Assembly: GCA_965217895.1 (NCBI GenBank)
Contig: CBDCJV010000002.1
Coordinates: 1,312,001 to 1,376,000, forward strand
Source of the DNA: Waterburya sp.
GTDB lineage: Bacteria > Cyanobacteriota > Cyanobacteriia > Cyanobacteriales > Xenococcaceae
Direction: 5' to 3'
Length of the DNA stretch: 64,000 bases
Shown here: positions 50,238-60,780 of the stretch, one piece after another
How positions within the stretch are numbered: the stretch's first letter is position 1
How the letters are laid out: each line of letters opens with the position of its first letter
Translations under genes and position numbers: made by a program
Notes under the pieces: generated by a model
Told to the model about the DNA's origin: nothing
The model's input: the letters and a program-made list of their open reading frames with translations, nothing else
Databases searched by the model: none

Positions 50238-50299
50238 AAAATTTGTTAAAGAGTCATATTCTGAATAAAGCTTTATTCCTTTGAAAGATTTTGCTTTTG

Positions 50300-50332
50300 A
50301 AGCGTTACTTGTTATCGGAACAAGTAACGCTT
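50300..50332. terminator. 14 bp hairpin downstream of pgi
   Basis: AAGCGTTACTTGTT-ATCGG-AACAAGTAACGCTT. Confidence 0.55.
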
Positions 50333-50361
50333 TTTCTATTTAGTGCCTAACTTTTGTAACC

Positions 50362-51954
50362 TTAAGCATTCAAAGACACTCTAATCGTATCTGGTTGACC
50401 AATATTACCTTCAACTATCACAACACCGCGCTTGTTAGCATTTAAATGACGCAGAATTTGGTAAACGGTTTCAATCTCCTCACTTACATGAGCCTTATCT
50501 GCCAACTCTGCCAGAGATAAAGGAGATGAACTTTGTTTTAAAGCTTCTACTACCTTTTTTTGCAGATCTAAAACTGATGCAGCAGCTTTTTTACCTGCTT
50601 CTACACCTGGCTGATGATAGGCATTGATATTAACCAAAGACGCATAAATACTAACTCCCCGTTCGTAAAGGGCAATCAAAGCACCCACAATACGCTCATT
50701 TACTTGAGGGATAGTAATGGTAATAGAATCTCGCTGCTTGTCATTCAAGGCGGTACGAGTGCCTAGCAAAAATCCTTTGAGATAATCACCAGAAGTAATT
50801 CCTGGTTCAATTTCTACATAGTCTCTAGTTCTGTCTTCCAATACTTCAATAAAGGTAAGAAAAAAGTTATTTACCCCTTCTCGTAATTGCTGAACATAGG
50901 CGTGTTGGTCGGTTGAGCCTTTGTTACCGTAGACTGCAATACCCTGATTTACTACCTTGCCATCTAAATCTTTTTCTTTGCCTAAAGATTCCATAATTAG
51001 CTGTTGAAGATAGCGACTAAAAAGCAAGAGACTGTCTTTGTAAGGCAGAATCACCATATCTTTTTCTCCTCTACCATGACCAGCACAATACCAAGCCATT
51101 GCCAACAAAGCTGCGGGATTTTCCTTAAGGCTGTGTTTGCGAGTTAGAGCATCCATAGTTTTTGCTCCTTCCAGCATGGCTCTAATGTCGATTCCCTGGA
51201 GGGCAGCAGCGACTAAACCCACTGGAGACAACTCCGAGGTACGTCCCCCAACCCAATCACGCATGGGAAAAATTGCTAACCAGCCTTCCCGTTCAGCGAT
51301 CGCCTCTAGTTTACTGCTTTTGCCTGTAATGGCAAAGGCATGAGCAGCAAAATTGAGATTACAATCTTGATAGAATTTTTTCACCTCAATCATGCCGTTA
51401 CGAGTCTCAGGAGTCCCCCCAGACTTGGAGACAACCGAAATCAAGGTAGTTTCTAAGCGATTGCCAATGCTCGCTAAGACTTTATCAATACCCGCAGGAT
51501 CGGTATTATCAATGAAGTGGATATCTAGAGGTGCATCAGCAGGTGCTAGTGCCTGAGCCACAAATTGCGGGCCTAAAGCCGAACCACCAATGCCAATAGA
51601 GAGAATATCGGTAAATTTGCCACCTTGGGGAGGATGAATCTCGCCACTGTGAACTTTCTGTTGAAATTCCAGCACGCTGTTATTGGTGTCGATGATATCC
51701 TGTCTTAATTCATCTGTAGGGGCAAGATCGGGATCTCTAAGCCAATAATGACCTACCATACGGTTTTCATCGGGATTGGCGATCGCACCACCTTCTAAAG
51801 CTTCAATGTCTTTAAATGCTTTAGCAAATTTGGGTTCTAGTTCTTTAATTAGGGCATCATCAAAGGTAATGCGACTAATATCTAAGTACAATTCTAAATC
51901 TTCGTTGTAATAAAGCCAGTCTTGATAGCGTTGCCAAAGAGCAAGTTTATCCAT
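50362..51954 (-). CDS. pgi: Glucose-6-phosphate isomerase
   Basis: [28 protein letters not shown] and QPGVEAGK. Confidence 0.98.
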   Translation of the reverse strand: MDKLALWQRYQDWLYYNEDLELYLDISRITFDDALIKELEPKFAKAFKDIEALEGGAIANPDENRMVGHYWLRDPDLAPTDELRQDIIDTNNSVLEFQQKVHSGEIHPPQGGKFTDILSIGIGGSALGPQFVAQALAPADAPLDIHFIDNTDPAGIDKVLASIGNRLETTLISVVSKSGGTPETRNGMIEVKKFYQDCNLNFAAHAFAITGKSSKLEAIAEREGWLAIFPMRDWVGGRTSELSPVGLVAAALQGIDIRAMLEGAKTMDALTRKHSLKENPAALLAMAWYCAGHGRGEKDMVILPYKDSLLLFSRYLQQLIMESLGKEKDLDGKVVNQGIAVYGNKGSTDQHAYVQQLREGVNNFFLTFIEVLEDRTRDYVEIEPGITSGDYLKGFLLGTRTALNDKQRDSITITIPQVNERIVGALIALYERGVSIYASLVNINAYHQPGVEAGKKAAASVLDLQKKVVEALKQSSSPLSLAELADKAHVSEEIETVYQILRHLNANKRGVVIVEGNIGQPDTIRVSLNA

Positions 51955-52201
51955 AAGTTTTTACCTCAGCGCGAATTCTACCTGTAAGTTTAGTGGAAGC
52001 ATCTTTGCTTTATACAACGTTTTAGATTTTTTCCTATTTTTCTTAAGCAAAAGTGCTGAGTGTAGGAGGCTTTTGCTCCATTTTATACATTTTTCCATCA
52101 TTACCTTGATCGTGAGCAACCAATGTATTTTCTTAACAGCGATCGCAATTTAAAGGCAAATTAGCTTACCGTACAATTAAAAGGAAACTTCTCGTCATAA
52201 A

Positions 52202-52498
52202 ATGAAAGCTGAAGAATATCTAAGTCTAAACCAGGAATCAATCACACAACAGTGCAAAATTATTGCCAGTAGTGGCTCAAACGCAATCATTACCGTCAAA
52301 GAAAATAGTGGCGACTACGTTCATAAAGTAAGTACGGTTGAGGAATTTACAGATAAATTACCTGACAACAAATTCTTTAAACAAATGCGGGATGGTGTTA
52401 CCAACGCCGTACTCAATAAAGTAATCCCGATAGTCATTTTTGAAGGACAAAAAGCAAAAATAATTAGCCTGCCAGATTACTTTAAGTCTGAAAAATAA
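52202..52498 (+). CDS. Hypothetical protein
   Basis: 98 aa ATG-started ORF filling an intergenic gap; AAGGA upstream. Confidence 0.6.
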   Translation: MKAEEYLSLNQESITQQCKIIASSGSNAIITVKENSGDYVHKVSTVEEFTDKLPDNKFFKQMRDGVTNAVLNKVIPIVIFEGQKAKIISLPDYFKSEK

Positions 52499-52522
52499 AA
52501 CATACTGGATAAAAGTTGCTCG

Positions 52523-53263
52523 TTAAAGTGTCGGAAATTGATTAATATCTACTACCGCCGAAAGCGTTATTCGACCAGCTTCTACAGTAAGGCGATGAAT
52601 GCGTAAAGCGAGTCCTTGTTTCTCAAAGTTACGCAAATCCAACATTTTTTCAGCTTTATCTAGAAACGCTTGGGTTAAGTCTTCTGATATCTCTTTCCCT
52701 GGCTCGTATTGAATATCTTCTAACAAGACGCTTCTATTTCCTGGCGCAATTTTAGGGGTTGCCGTAAATGCCACCTCTTTAGTCTCGCCTGATGGTTGTA
52801 ACTTAACTAGAGCTTCTACTGCTATCGTTCCATCTTCGCGAAACTGACATTTTTTTTGAGGAACTGTCAGCTTTACCTGTCCTGTTGATAAATATGTGTC
52901 TAAAACATCAATTTTGGCTCTGAGTTCTGGTGAGTTTAAAGCGCAGTTAAGATCGGTTTCGGTTAAAACTAAACGGGCAGTTCCTTCGGTGGGTTGGGTA
53001 AGCTCGATATTGCCTGTTAAAGCTTTCAAAGGATTGACAGCGATCGCCTTTGTCTCAATTTCTAACACTTGCACCCGCAAATCAGTTTCAATAACAAGTC
53101 CTTCACCTTTGATTGAGAGCGATTCTAACTCGCCACTGGCTAGTTTTTCTGGAGCAGTATTGACTTTGACTTCTAAACGATCGGCATTTTCTAGTTGAGA
53201 AGATAAAGCTAATTCAGCAATTTTGTTGAGTGCTTGCTCCCCAAGGTTTTCTATTCCTAACAT
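52523..53263 (-). CDS. DUF2993/LmeA-like protein
   Basis: LGEQALNKIAE, A.LVLTETDLN.ALNS and LDLRNF. Confidence 0.8.
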   Translation of the reverse strand: MLGIENLGEQALNKIAELALSSQLENADRLEVKVNTAPEKLASGELESLSIKGEGLVIETDLRVQVLEIETKAIAVNPLKALTGNIELTQPTEGTARLVLTETDLNCALNSPELRAKIDVLDTYLSTGQVKLTVPQKKCQFREDGTIAVEALVKLQPSGETKEVAFTATPKIAPGNRSVLLEDIQYEPGKEISEDLTQAFLDKAEKMLDLRNFEKQGLALRIHRLTVEAGRITLSAVVDINQFPTL

Positions 53264-53503
53264 ATTTATTCCGTATCGCTGTTGGTAAATTCATTTTACT
53301 CTCCTTAAATATATTAAGAAACTTTAAGCTATATCTCTGTCAGATGGCAGAAATACAATTTGCACGCTCTCAACAGAAAGAAAAACGGAGCAAGCAAAAT
53401 AGCAAATGATTATTCAATAATTCGCTTATTCAGTATAGTTAGAAAGGTCTAGTTCATGGCGATCGCTGTTGGTTAGTTAGGCGATCGCCAATATTATTCT
53501 ATA

Positions 53504-54469
53504 ATGAGCAATTTCTCTTCTTTAAATCTCGAACAGCTAGCAGCTAAGCTAAAACAGTCACTTGGTATAATCCAAAAGCAAGATATTCAGGTTGTCAGCC
53601 AAATATTAGGTTTACAAACAGATAATCAGATACAGGTTGGTGATGATTGCGCTGCTATCCACGACGGCGATGGTTATTTACTTTTAGCTGCTGAAGGAAT
53701 ATGGCACGTATTAGTGGAGACAGATCCTTGGTTTGCAGGTTGGTGTGCAGTCATGGTCAACGTGAGCGATATTGCAGCCATGGGCGGAAGAGCGATCGCG
53801 CTTGTCGATACGATTTGGACTGAAGATACCGCTAAAGCCATACCAATGCTAGAAGGAATGAAAGCTGCTGCAAAAGCTTTTAATATACCCATTGTCGGCG
53901 GGCATACTAATTTTCACAGTATTTACAATGCTTTAGGCGTGTCTATTTTAGGACGGGCAAAAAAGTTGATTAGTAGTTTTGCAGCTCAACCTGGAGATTT
54001 ACTAGTTGTGGCAATAGATTTGCAGGGGGAAATGCACTCTAAATTTCCTTTTTGGAATGCTGCTACCAAAGCCAAAGCAAGTCGATTACAAGAAAATTTA
54101 ACCATTCTTCCTTATTTAGCCGAGAATAACCTATGCAATGCTGGTAAAGATATTAGCATGGGAGGAATTGTCGGGACTCTATTGATGTTAATCGAAGCTT
54201 CTCAGTGTGGTGCAGTTTTAAATTTAGATAATATTGTCTGTCCTGTCAATATAGATCTAGAAACTTGGTTGCTCTGCTTTCCTAGTTACGGATTTTTACT
54301 ATCAATTCAGCCCCAAAATTTAGATGTGGTCAAGAGACAATTTAATGAAAGAAAAGTCTTCTGTAATTTAGTTGGAGAAATTATCAAAGGCTCTCAATTA
54401 ATCCTTAAGTCACAACAGCAATCTCATTTATTTTGGGATTTTAAGACAGATAACTTTATCCTCAGCTAA
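53504..54469 (+). CDS. sll0787-family AIR synthase-like (PurM superfamily) protein
   Basis: VGDDCAAI, DPWFAGWCAVMVNVSDIAAMGG, GGHTN, KDISMGG and WLLCFPSYGF. Confidence 0.88.
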   Translation: MSNFSSLNLEQLAAKLKQSLGIIQKQDIQVVSQILGLQTDNQIQVGDDCAAIHDGDGYLLLAAEGIWHVLVETDPWFAGWCAVMVNVSDIAAMGGRAIALVDTIWTEDTAKAIPMLEGMKAAAKAFNIPIVGGHTNFHSIYNALGVSILGRAKKLISSFAAQPGDLLVVAIDLQGEMHSKFPFWNAATKAKASRLQENLTILPYLAENNLCNAGKDISMGGIVGTLLMLIEASQCGAVLNLDNIVCPVNIDLETWLLCFPSYGFLLSIQPQNLDVVKRQFNERKVFCNLVGEIIKGSQLILKSQQQSHLFWDFKTDNFILS

Positions 54470-54494
54470 TCTTTTTTTAATTTGTCGCGATTAT

Positions 54495-54524
54495 AGAGAA
54501 ATGCGATCGCATTTCTCTTCGATA
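54495..54524. repeat. Perfect 24 bp HIP1-centred palindrome; left direct repeat of the TA cassette
   Basis: AGAGAAATGCGATCGCATTTCTCT; 54503-54524 recurs at 55123-55144 with 2 mismatches. Confidence 0.75.
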
Positions 54525-54615
54525 CTTTTAAGCAGAGCGATGCTTTCGACTAGGCTTCGCCAATCGCGTTAAAATTTTAATTATCAACCTAATTTTTTTA
54601 GTTTAGATATTAATT

Positions 54616-54837
54616 ATGACCGACCTTCTGACACAGGCATTTAGTAAGGCACAAAACTTACCCGCTCATTTACAAGATGAACTTGCACAGCAATTAATTG
54701 AAGATATTGAAGGTGAACTCAAATGGCAGCAATCATTATCTCAACCACAACACAGCAAGTTAGAACAATTAGCAGCAAAAGCACTCAAAGATTCGGCAAA
54801 TGGGACAACAGAGGAGATTGGTTTTGACGAATTATGA
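54616..54837 (+). CDS. Putative type II antitoxin
   Basis: 73 aa acidic helical protein (LP..QDELA...E.KW); ATGA overlap with the next gene. Confidence 0.75.
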   Translation: MTDLLTQAFSKAQNLPAHLQDELAQQLIEDIEGELKWQQSLSQPQHSKLEQLAAKALKDSANGTTEEIGFDEL

Positions 54838-55106
54838 AGTCGGAACTAACCATAGAGTCTATTCAAGGTTTTGCCGAACTACTAGAAAGGGTCAAGAAAA
54901 CTGCCAGAAAAAATTATCAGCTATGGAAACAAAATCCAGATCATCCTAGTTTAGAATTTAAGAAGCTTAATACAAAACAACCTATATATTCGGTAAGAGC
55001 AGGAATAGGTTGGCGGGCTGTAGGAATTATGAAAGATTCTGAAATAATTGTTTGGTTTTGGATTGGTTCGCATAGTAATTATGACAAGTTACTTAAAAAC
55101 TTGTAG
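54834..55106 (+). CDS. Putative RelE/ParE-superfamily toxin
   Basis: 90 aa basic protein with HPSLEFKKL, YSVR, WRAVG and WFWIGSH..YD. Confidence 0.8.
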   Translation: MKSELTIESIQGFAELLERVKKTARKNYQLWKQNPDHPSLEFKKLNTKQPIYSVRAGIGWRAVGIMKDSEIIVWFWIGSHSNYDKLLKNL

Positions 55107-55266
55107 AGTTAAGTCATAGATGGCGATCGCATTTCTTTTCAATATCTTAAGTTAGATATAGCAATGTAAAACTGATATACTACAGTCTGTAAATACAATA
55201 GATAACTATATAATAATGCCTATCATAATTCAATTTACATCTAAAATATTATGATTTTTTATTCAC

Positions 55267-55611
55267 CTAAAAAGGCGATCGCTCTAATAAATTTAAACCA
55301 ATTACACCAATAAGAATTGCACCAATAAAAATTATTTTAAATAAACTAATACTTTCGTTAAATAATAATATACCGATAATAGTAATTCCAATTATTCCCA
55401 ATCCAGACCAAATAGCATAGGCAATACTGATATCTATGGTTTTAATAGCTATACTTAAAAAACCAAAAGCTAAAACATAACCTATGACAACACCTATTAA
55501 ATAAATAGATTTTAAAGATCCATTGGTCATTTTTAGACACGTGGTAGCCAAGATTTCAGAAATAATCGCAAAAAACAAAAATAATTCGTTTCTATGGCTC
55601 ATAATGTTCAT
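55267..55611 (-). CDS. SMR/DMT small multidrug efflux protein
   Basis: AIISEI, AYAIWSGLG and LFNE; four TM helices. Confidence 0.9.
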   Translation of the reverse strand: MNIMSHRNELFLFFAIISEILATTCLKMTNGSLKSIYLIGVVIGYVLAFGFLSIAIKTIDISIAYAIWSGLGIIGITIIGILLFNESISLFKIIFIGAILIGVIGLNLLERSPF

Positions 55612-55697
55612 TATCCTGCCTCCTGACCTAATAAGTTAATTACCTTGTTTTTATTTGACTCAAGGGCAAGCTAATACCTACCCTTGTATTTTTAAAC

Positions 55698-57899
55698 CTA
55701 GCTAATCAATTCCTTAGCTCTTTTAACAAAGTTATCCGCAGTAATGCCGTTGAATTCCATAATTTGAGCAGCACTAGAAGCAGTTTCTCCTCGTTTCCAA
55801 GCAAAAACATCTCGTTTACTATTACTACGCAACATCACAGGTTCTAGCATTGCACTCGAACCACCAGTTACTCCTATCAAGGCATCGCCAGCAAACATCT
55901 GGTCAAATTCAGCATCACCAAGGAAATTACCATCCTGTTCACGACTGCAAGTATCCCAAGCCACATCTGTAGAACGATATAAACGACGGGGATTAATTAT
56001 AGAGACAATTCTCGAACCAATACCCTGAGATTTTAGCTGTTCGGCAGCCTCAAAGGTAGGAATTAGCGTCATGTCGCCAATTACTGCAAAGACAACGGTT
56101 TTATTCCCTGGAGTTTCTTGGAGAACAATGCCACCTTTAGCTAATCCTGACCGTGTTTGTTCTAGAGTAGTGCGAATGGCTAAGGGGGACTTACTAGCGG
56201 TAATGGTTATTCCTTTGTTTTTTGTACCTAATGCCCATTCATAACAAGCCTGAATACTGTTAGCATCGCAGGGGAAAAGAGGAAAAACATTGCCATTACG
56301 CATCATCCCTGCAAAGTAATTCTCAACTTCAGGGCGTTGGTGTGTCCAGCCGTTGCGCCCTTGTTCTAATGCCCCTGCGGTAAATAAAGTAATAGTAGAG
56401 GGAGTGGTACGGCGTAATTCCGTCATCGCTTGAGTAACCGTTTGCCAAATAGGTAAACCATTAATAGCAAAAGATTCATAGGAACACCAAAGAGTCCTCG
56501 CCCCAAATAAAGCCTGTGCCGCTGCCAACCCAGCACAAGCATCTTCACTAAGAGGTTCGTAAACCTGTCCTTCAGGCTGCTGAAAATAGATTTCGTCGGT
56601 GGTGGGGTGAATAATCTTTAAAGCAGTATTGATGTTTTTGATGCCTGAAGCTGCATTCCCGTCAGCATTTGCCACAATGAAGTTTTTGTCCTGTTGTCCG
56701 ACATAAGCAGCGATCGCACCCATGGCTGTAGTGGCAACCTGTTTATCGCTACCAACGGCATATTCTTCTAAGGGAATATTGCCTAAATCTGGTATAGGGT
56801 ATTCTTGTTCGGTAACGGCTGTATGGGCTGCTGCACCACCATTAGAACGAAGATAATTATTGCGTACAAGCTGCCAGGCTTCGGGAGTTAAAGCCCTTTG
56901 TTTTAAAGCAGCCATAATATAATCTTTGTCTACATGATCGCCTGGATAAAGATTATGAGACTGTGCGCCATCTTTGTGTACTCCTGAACCTTTAAGCTGT
57001 TTGACGATTAAAACAGTCAATTTACCGCCTAACGCCGATTTTGCAGCTTTATCTGTTGCCTCTAAGATTGCCTGAGTAAAAGCCATTCTAGCTTCAAAAG
57101 AAAACCTAGTACTGTTTACATAGTCTCCTGGCTGATTTGTGTCGTCGTAGTCTTTGGCGTTAACCAGAATTACTTCTGCAAAACCGTTACCCTCCCAGTA
57201 TGCCATCATTTCTTCATTGGTTTTGGTAGAAACCATACTGTGATGTTCCTGGGAATAACCATTCCAAACCAAAATAGGTAAGAAGTTAGTCACTTGGGGA
57301 AAGGCGGTATTAAAATGCCCAAAGCTGCTCATGATATAAGGTTCACCCAAACCGCCATCACCAATAGTTACAGGAAATAAGACCCCAGGATGAAGTTTTG
57401 CCCCTGCCATAGCAAAATGCTGTCCTTGTCCTAGGGGTCCTGCGGGGTTAAGTAAACCAGGGATTTGTCCTGAAAGGTGTCCCAAAAGCCCATGCATTTC
57501 CCGAAAGCGATCGCCTAGATCTTGAACATTATTGATGCCCATCGCCTCTAGAGAAGTATCTAAAAAGACATTACTATAAAAACCTGGAGCATGATGACCG
57601 ACCTCAGTAATAATATTTTTATGTCCTAACATTACCAAAGCAGCAATAGTATCAGCGATACTAGCAAAACCGCCTGGATGTCCTGACTGCTTACTGGCGG
57701 TGATTTGTAGAGTTAGATAGCGTAAAGCATCGGCTGCCAACATAGTTTGATAAACTGCTGCTTTATCTGTAGGCGAGGCGATCGCAGTTTGTCCCTCTGC
57801 AATTGCTGATGACTGCCCGTATTGCTCGAAACCAGGCAACTGTTCTTGAAAGTGTTTAATCCCTTGGCAAAAAGCGGGAATATTAGTGGCAACGGTCAT
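55698..57899 (-). CDS. Phosphoketolase/transketolase-like TPP enzyme
   Basis: SGHPGG, GPLGQG, TPP motif GDG...N and NGWTHQ; ATG at 57899 preferred. Confidence 0.88.
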   Translation of the reverse strand: MTVATNIPAFCQGIKHFQEQLPGFEQYGQSSAIAEGQTAIASPTDKAAVYQTMLAADALRYLTLQITASKQSGHPGGFASIADTIAALVMLGHKNIITEVGHHAPGFYSNVFLDTSLEAMGINNVQDLGDRFREMHGLLGHLSGQIPGLLNPAGPLGQGQHFAMAGAKLHPGVLFPVTIGDGGLGEPYIMSSFGHFNTAFPQVTNFLPILVWNGYSQEHHSMVSTKTNEEMMAYWEGNGFAEVILVNAKDYDDTNQPGDYVNSTRFSFEARMAFTQAILEATDKAAKSALGGKLTVLIVKQLKGSGVHKDGAQSHNLYPGDHVDKDYIMAALKQRALTPEAWQLVRNNYLRSNGGAAAHTAVTEQEYPIPDLGNIPLEEYAVGSDKQVATTAMGAIAAYVGQQDKNFIVANADGNAASGIKNINTALKIIHPTTDEIYFQQPEGQVYEPLSEDACAGLAAAQALFGARTLWCSYESFAINGLPIWQTVTQAMTELRRTTPSTITLFTAGALEQGRNGWTHQRPEVENYFAGMMRNGNVFPLFPCDANSIQACYEWALGTKNKGITITASKSPLAIRTTLEQTRSGLAKGGIVLQETPGNKTVVFAVIGDMTLIPTFEAAEQLKSQGIGSRIVSIINPRRLYRSTDVAWDTCSREQDGNFLGDAEFDQMFAGDALIGVTGGSSAMLEPVMLRSNSKRDVFAWKRGETASSAAQIMEFNGITADNFVKRAKELIS

Positions 57900-58132
57900 A
57901 AAAATATATCCTTCGTTTATCAAACTGCAAGTATTAGGTAAATCTTACAATTTTAAGCGGTCTGAAAACGACAACATATATCAGTAATTCTAAATGATGC
58001 TAAAAGCTTAGGTTAATTGACTAGTGTTAGGCACTAATTGACCTGTGACGATCAGGTTAGAGGTCAGAGATAAGTAAATATGCAGAATTAAATATAAAAC
58101 CGAATAAGCAAGATTTTACTTTTTACTGTCTT

Positions 58133-58175
58133 GGTGCGCGTTCCCTTGCGCCTGACGGCGACGCGGGGTCGCACC
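58133..58175. repeat. Small GC-rich dispersed repeat inside a heptamer tandem array
   Basis: GGTGCG...CGCACC ends; TTTTTAC(T) units on both sides. Confidence 0.55.
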
Positions 58176-58277
58176 GCTTTTTACTTTTTACGAAGACTAT
58201 CTTCTAATTAATTTCACCCAGCTACTAAGTAGGTTTTCTGAATTTTACTCGTTACTCGTTACTCAAGCAAAGCGGTA

Positions 58278-58814
58278 CTAGGCATCGCGCCACTTAATAG
58301 GAGTACCTGTGGGTTCAACGTAATCTTTGGCAATTTTTCTGCTTGAAAGTATTGTAGAGATACTATCACGAAGATAATGATGATTAACTCGATCTACTGA
58401 TTCGGCACAATCGTCAATCCTGCCTTGATAACGAATAACAGCATCACTATCTAATAAATATACAGTAGGCATAACTTTGACTTTAAAAGCTTTTGCCACA
58501 TCTTGAGTGGTATCGCGTAGGTAAGGAAAGTTGAGCTTTTGTTCATGAGCAAATTGCTTCATGCCTTCCATGGTGTCGGCGATCGCTTCTGAGCGATGAT
58601 TAGAATCTATGCCCATGACGGTAAAACCCTGGCTGCTAAAGTCAGCTTGAAGCTGTTTAAGGCGTTCGAGATATTGCTCAACTTCAGGACTTTCGCTGTT
58701 CATGAAAACTACGGCGATCGCTTTGAATTTTCTACGGTAGCTACCAAGATGATAAACTTCTTGATCGATACCTGGAATTTCAAAATCAGGAGCAAAATTA
58801 CCTATCGTGTTCAT
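58278..58814 (-). CDS. AhpC/TSA (redoxin) family protein lacking the CxxC motif
   Basis: APDFEIPG, LNFPYLRD.TQDVAKAF, YQGRIDD and IKW. Confidence 0.85.
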   Translation of the reverse strand: MNTIGNFAPDFEIPGIDQEVYHLGSYRRKFKAIAVVFMNSESPEVEQYLERLKQLQADFSSQGFTVMGIDSNHRSEAIADTMEGMKQFAHEQKLNFPYLRDTTQDVAKAFKVKVMPTVYLLDSDAVIRYQGRIDDCAESVDRVNHHYLRDSISTILSSRKIAKDYVEPTGTPIKWRDA

Positions 58815-58986
58815 AAATACTATTTCCTATAGAAAGTCTTATGTAATGCAAACAACCAATTTTATCAATTTTATTTTGAATCTGAGTGTGAGCTAGATCT
58901 TTTTGAGAATATTCTAAGCTGTATCAAGAATAAAGAAAAATTTCATTGTTTAAATGAACATATTTTTTCTTTTGAACTCGATTATT

Positions 58987-59871
58987 TTAGCAAGATAATG
59001 TACTGTAGCTAACCAATTTGTAAACTAGTTTCGCAGCCGTAAACTCTGATACTACAGAGTCTGAAGTTGGTGCAAGCTCCATCACATCGCAGCCTATTAC
59101 TTGATGCTTGCTAAATATTTTCTGCAGAAATTTAGTTAATTCAAACCAGTTTAATCCTCCTGGTTCTGGAGTTCCTACTCCAGGCATTAAACTAGGATCA
59201 AGTCCATCAAGATCGATGGTAATAAATACTTTTTTGGTGGTGATTTTAGAAATAGCTCGATCGATCCAGTCTGAGTTTTGATAAATATCTTTTGCCCAAA
59301 CTACAGGAATTTGCTTTTGTTTAATTAACTGCGCTTCTTCTAAACAGATACTGCGGATACCCACGGGCAAAGTCGGCAACCCCATATCTAAAACTCGGCG
59401 CATGACGCAAGCATGATTGTAGATTGAGTCTTCGTAGCTATGGCGCATATCTCCATGGGCATCAATTTGAATTACGGTAAAAGGCTCACTTAATAGCTGT
59501 TGATAAGCCTTGACTATTCCTGCGGTAATACTGTGTTCTCCCCCTAAAGCAATGACAAATTTGCCGTCGGCAACTAGTTCAGATACCTTAGCAGTAACCA
59601 GATCGATCATTGCCTCTGGCATTAAATCAGGATTTGTTATCGTACTGGCGATCGCATTTGTCGTAAAAATCTCTATTTCGTGACATATTTCTTTTTCTAA
59701 CTCAATATCATAAGCTTCTAGCTGATCTGAGGCTTCAATAATTGCTGCTGCACCATTTTGGCATCCTTTACGGTAGGTAGTGGTTTTTTCATAAGGGATA
59801 GGCAAAATAATTACTTTTGCTTCCTCGTAAGTTGTTTGAGCTTCTGAACCAATAAATTGCTTAGGAAACAT
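58987..59871 (-). CDS. speB: Agmatinase (ureohydrolase)
   Basis: GGEHSIT, DAHGD, DLDGLDP and GTPEPGG. Confidence 0.92.
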   Translation of the reverse strand: MFPKQFIGSEAQTTYEEAKVIILPIPYEKTTTYRKGCQNGAAAIIEASDQLEAYDIELEKEICHEIEIFTTNAIASTITNPDLMPEAMIDLVTAKVSELVADGKFVIALGGEHSITAGIVKAYQQLLSEPFTVIQIDAHGDMRHSYEDSIYNHACVMRRVLDMGLPTLPVGIRSICLEEAQLIKQKQIPVVWAKDIYQNSDWIDRAISKITTKKVFITIDLDGLDPSLMPGVGTPEPGGLNWFELTKFLQKIFSKHQVIGCDVMELAPTSDSVVSEFTAAKLVYKLVSYSTLSC

Positions 59872-59975
59872 TCTTTAAAAGATGAAGGCGGAAGAATAAA
59901 TAATGCTGCTGCTTGGTTGGCGAAAGTGCTAACAAAAGGTTATCAATAAGTTTTCAAACTCAAGTCAAATAAAAA

Positions 59976-60680
59976 TTACTTTGCATTAGAAACGCGAAGT
60001 TGCCTTTTAGAAAGTTGTCCAACCATCTCTGCACGGGACGAAACCTCAAGCTTACGGAACATTCGCTTCAATGCTTGTTTCACAGAATTCTCCGTAATCC
60101 AAAGTTCAGTTCCAATTTCTGCGTTAGTTTTTCCCAAAGCAACCAACTCGGCAATCTGTAACTCACGGGGAGTTAATTTATTGCTCCTAAATGATTGATC
60201 CTGCGGTGTTGAAACAGAGGTTCGTGCAAATCTTACGGTTGTAGTCCAGCTTGATAGATGCAAACAGATGGCACTGAGATCTGCTAAATTTTGAGTATCA
60301 AAAGCAGGCATTATCTTTTCACGAGTACAGCCTACTAAACCAACTAATTGACCGCGATCAATAATTGGCCCTGCCATCACGTGCCAGTGATCTGGACGAG
60401 GACAGATTAATTGCCAAGCTTTAGGGGTGGTTGCCAATCCTTCATGAGCAGGTGTATGACGCTCAACTATGTAACGCGCTACGGGGTTATGCTCAACTGA
60501 TAATGCCACTCGTATTACTTTCTGAAGCTTTGGATTGGTTGGCAGTTGGTCAAAGAAAAAGATTCCCGATCGCTTTACAGTAAAATACTCACTTATCTTT
60601 GGCGCAAGGTGCGATCGCAAGATATTTTCATCCTTTGCCTGCTGAATTTCGGCAAATAAAAGCTTTAAAGGAATTGTCAT
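59976..60680 (-). CDS. GAF-like + LuxR HTH transcriptional regulator
   Basis: LTPRELQIAELVALGKTNAEIG; N-terminal sensor region with CPRPDHWH. Confidence 0.88.
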   Translation of the reverse strand: MTIPLKLLFAEIQQAKDENILRSHLAPKISEYFTVKRSGIFFFDQLPTNPKLQKVIRVALSVEHNPVARYIVERHTPAHEGLATTPKAWQLICPRPDHWHVMAGPIIDRGQLVGLVGCTREKIMPAFDTQNLADLSAICLHLSSWTTTVRFARTSVSTPQDQSFRSNKLTPRELQIAELVALGKTNAEIGTELWITENSVKQALKRMFRKLEVSSRAEMVGQLSKRQLRVSNAK

Positions 60681-60780
60681 GATGGTAAAAAGAGTACTCG
60701 ATCGAGGACTAGGCAGAACAGGCTGTCATTTCTAGTATAAAGATAGATTTAGTTACAAGTCCCTTTAGGAGATTTAATTA

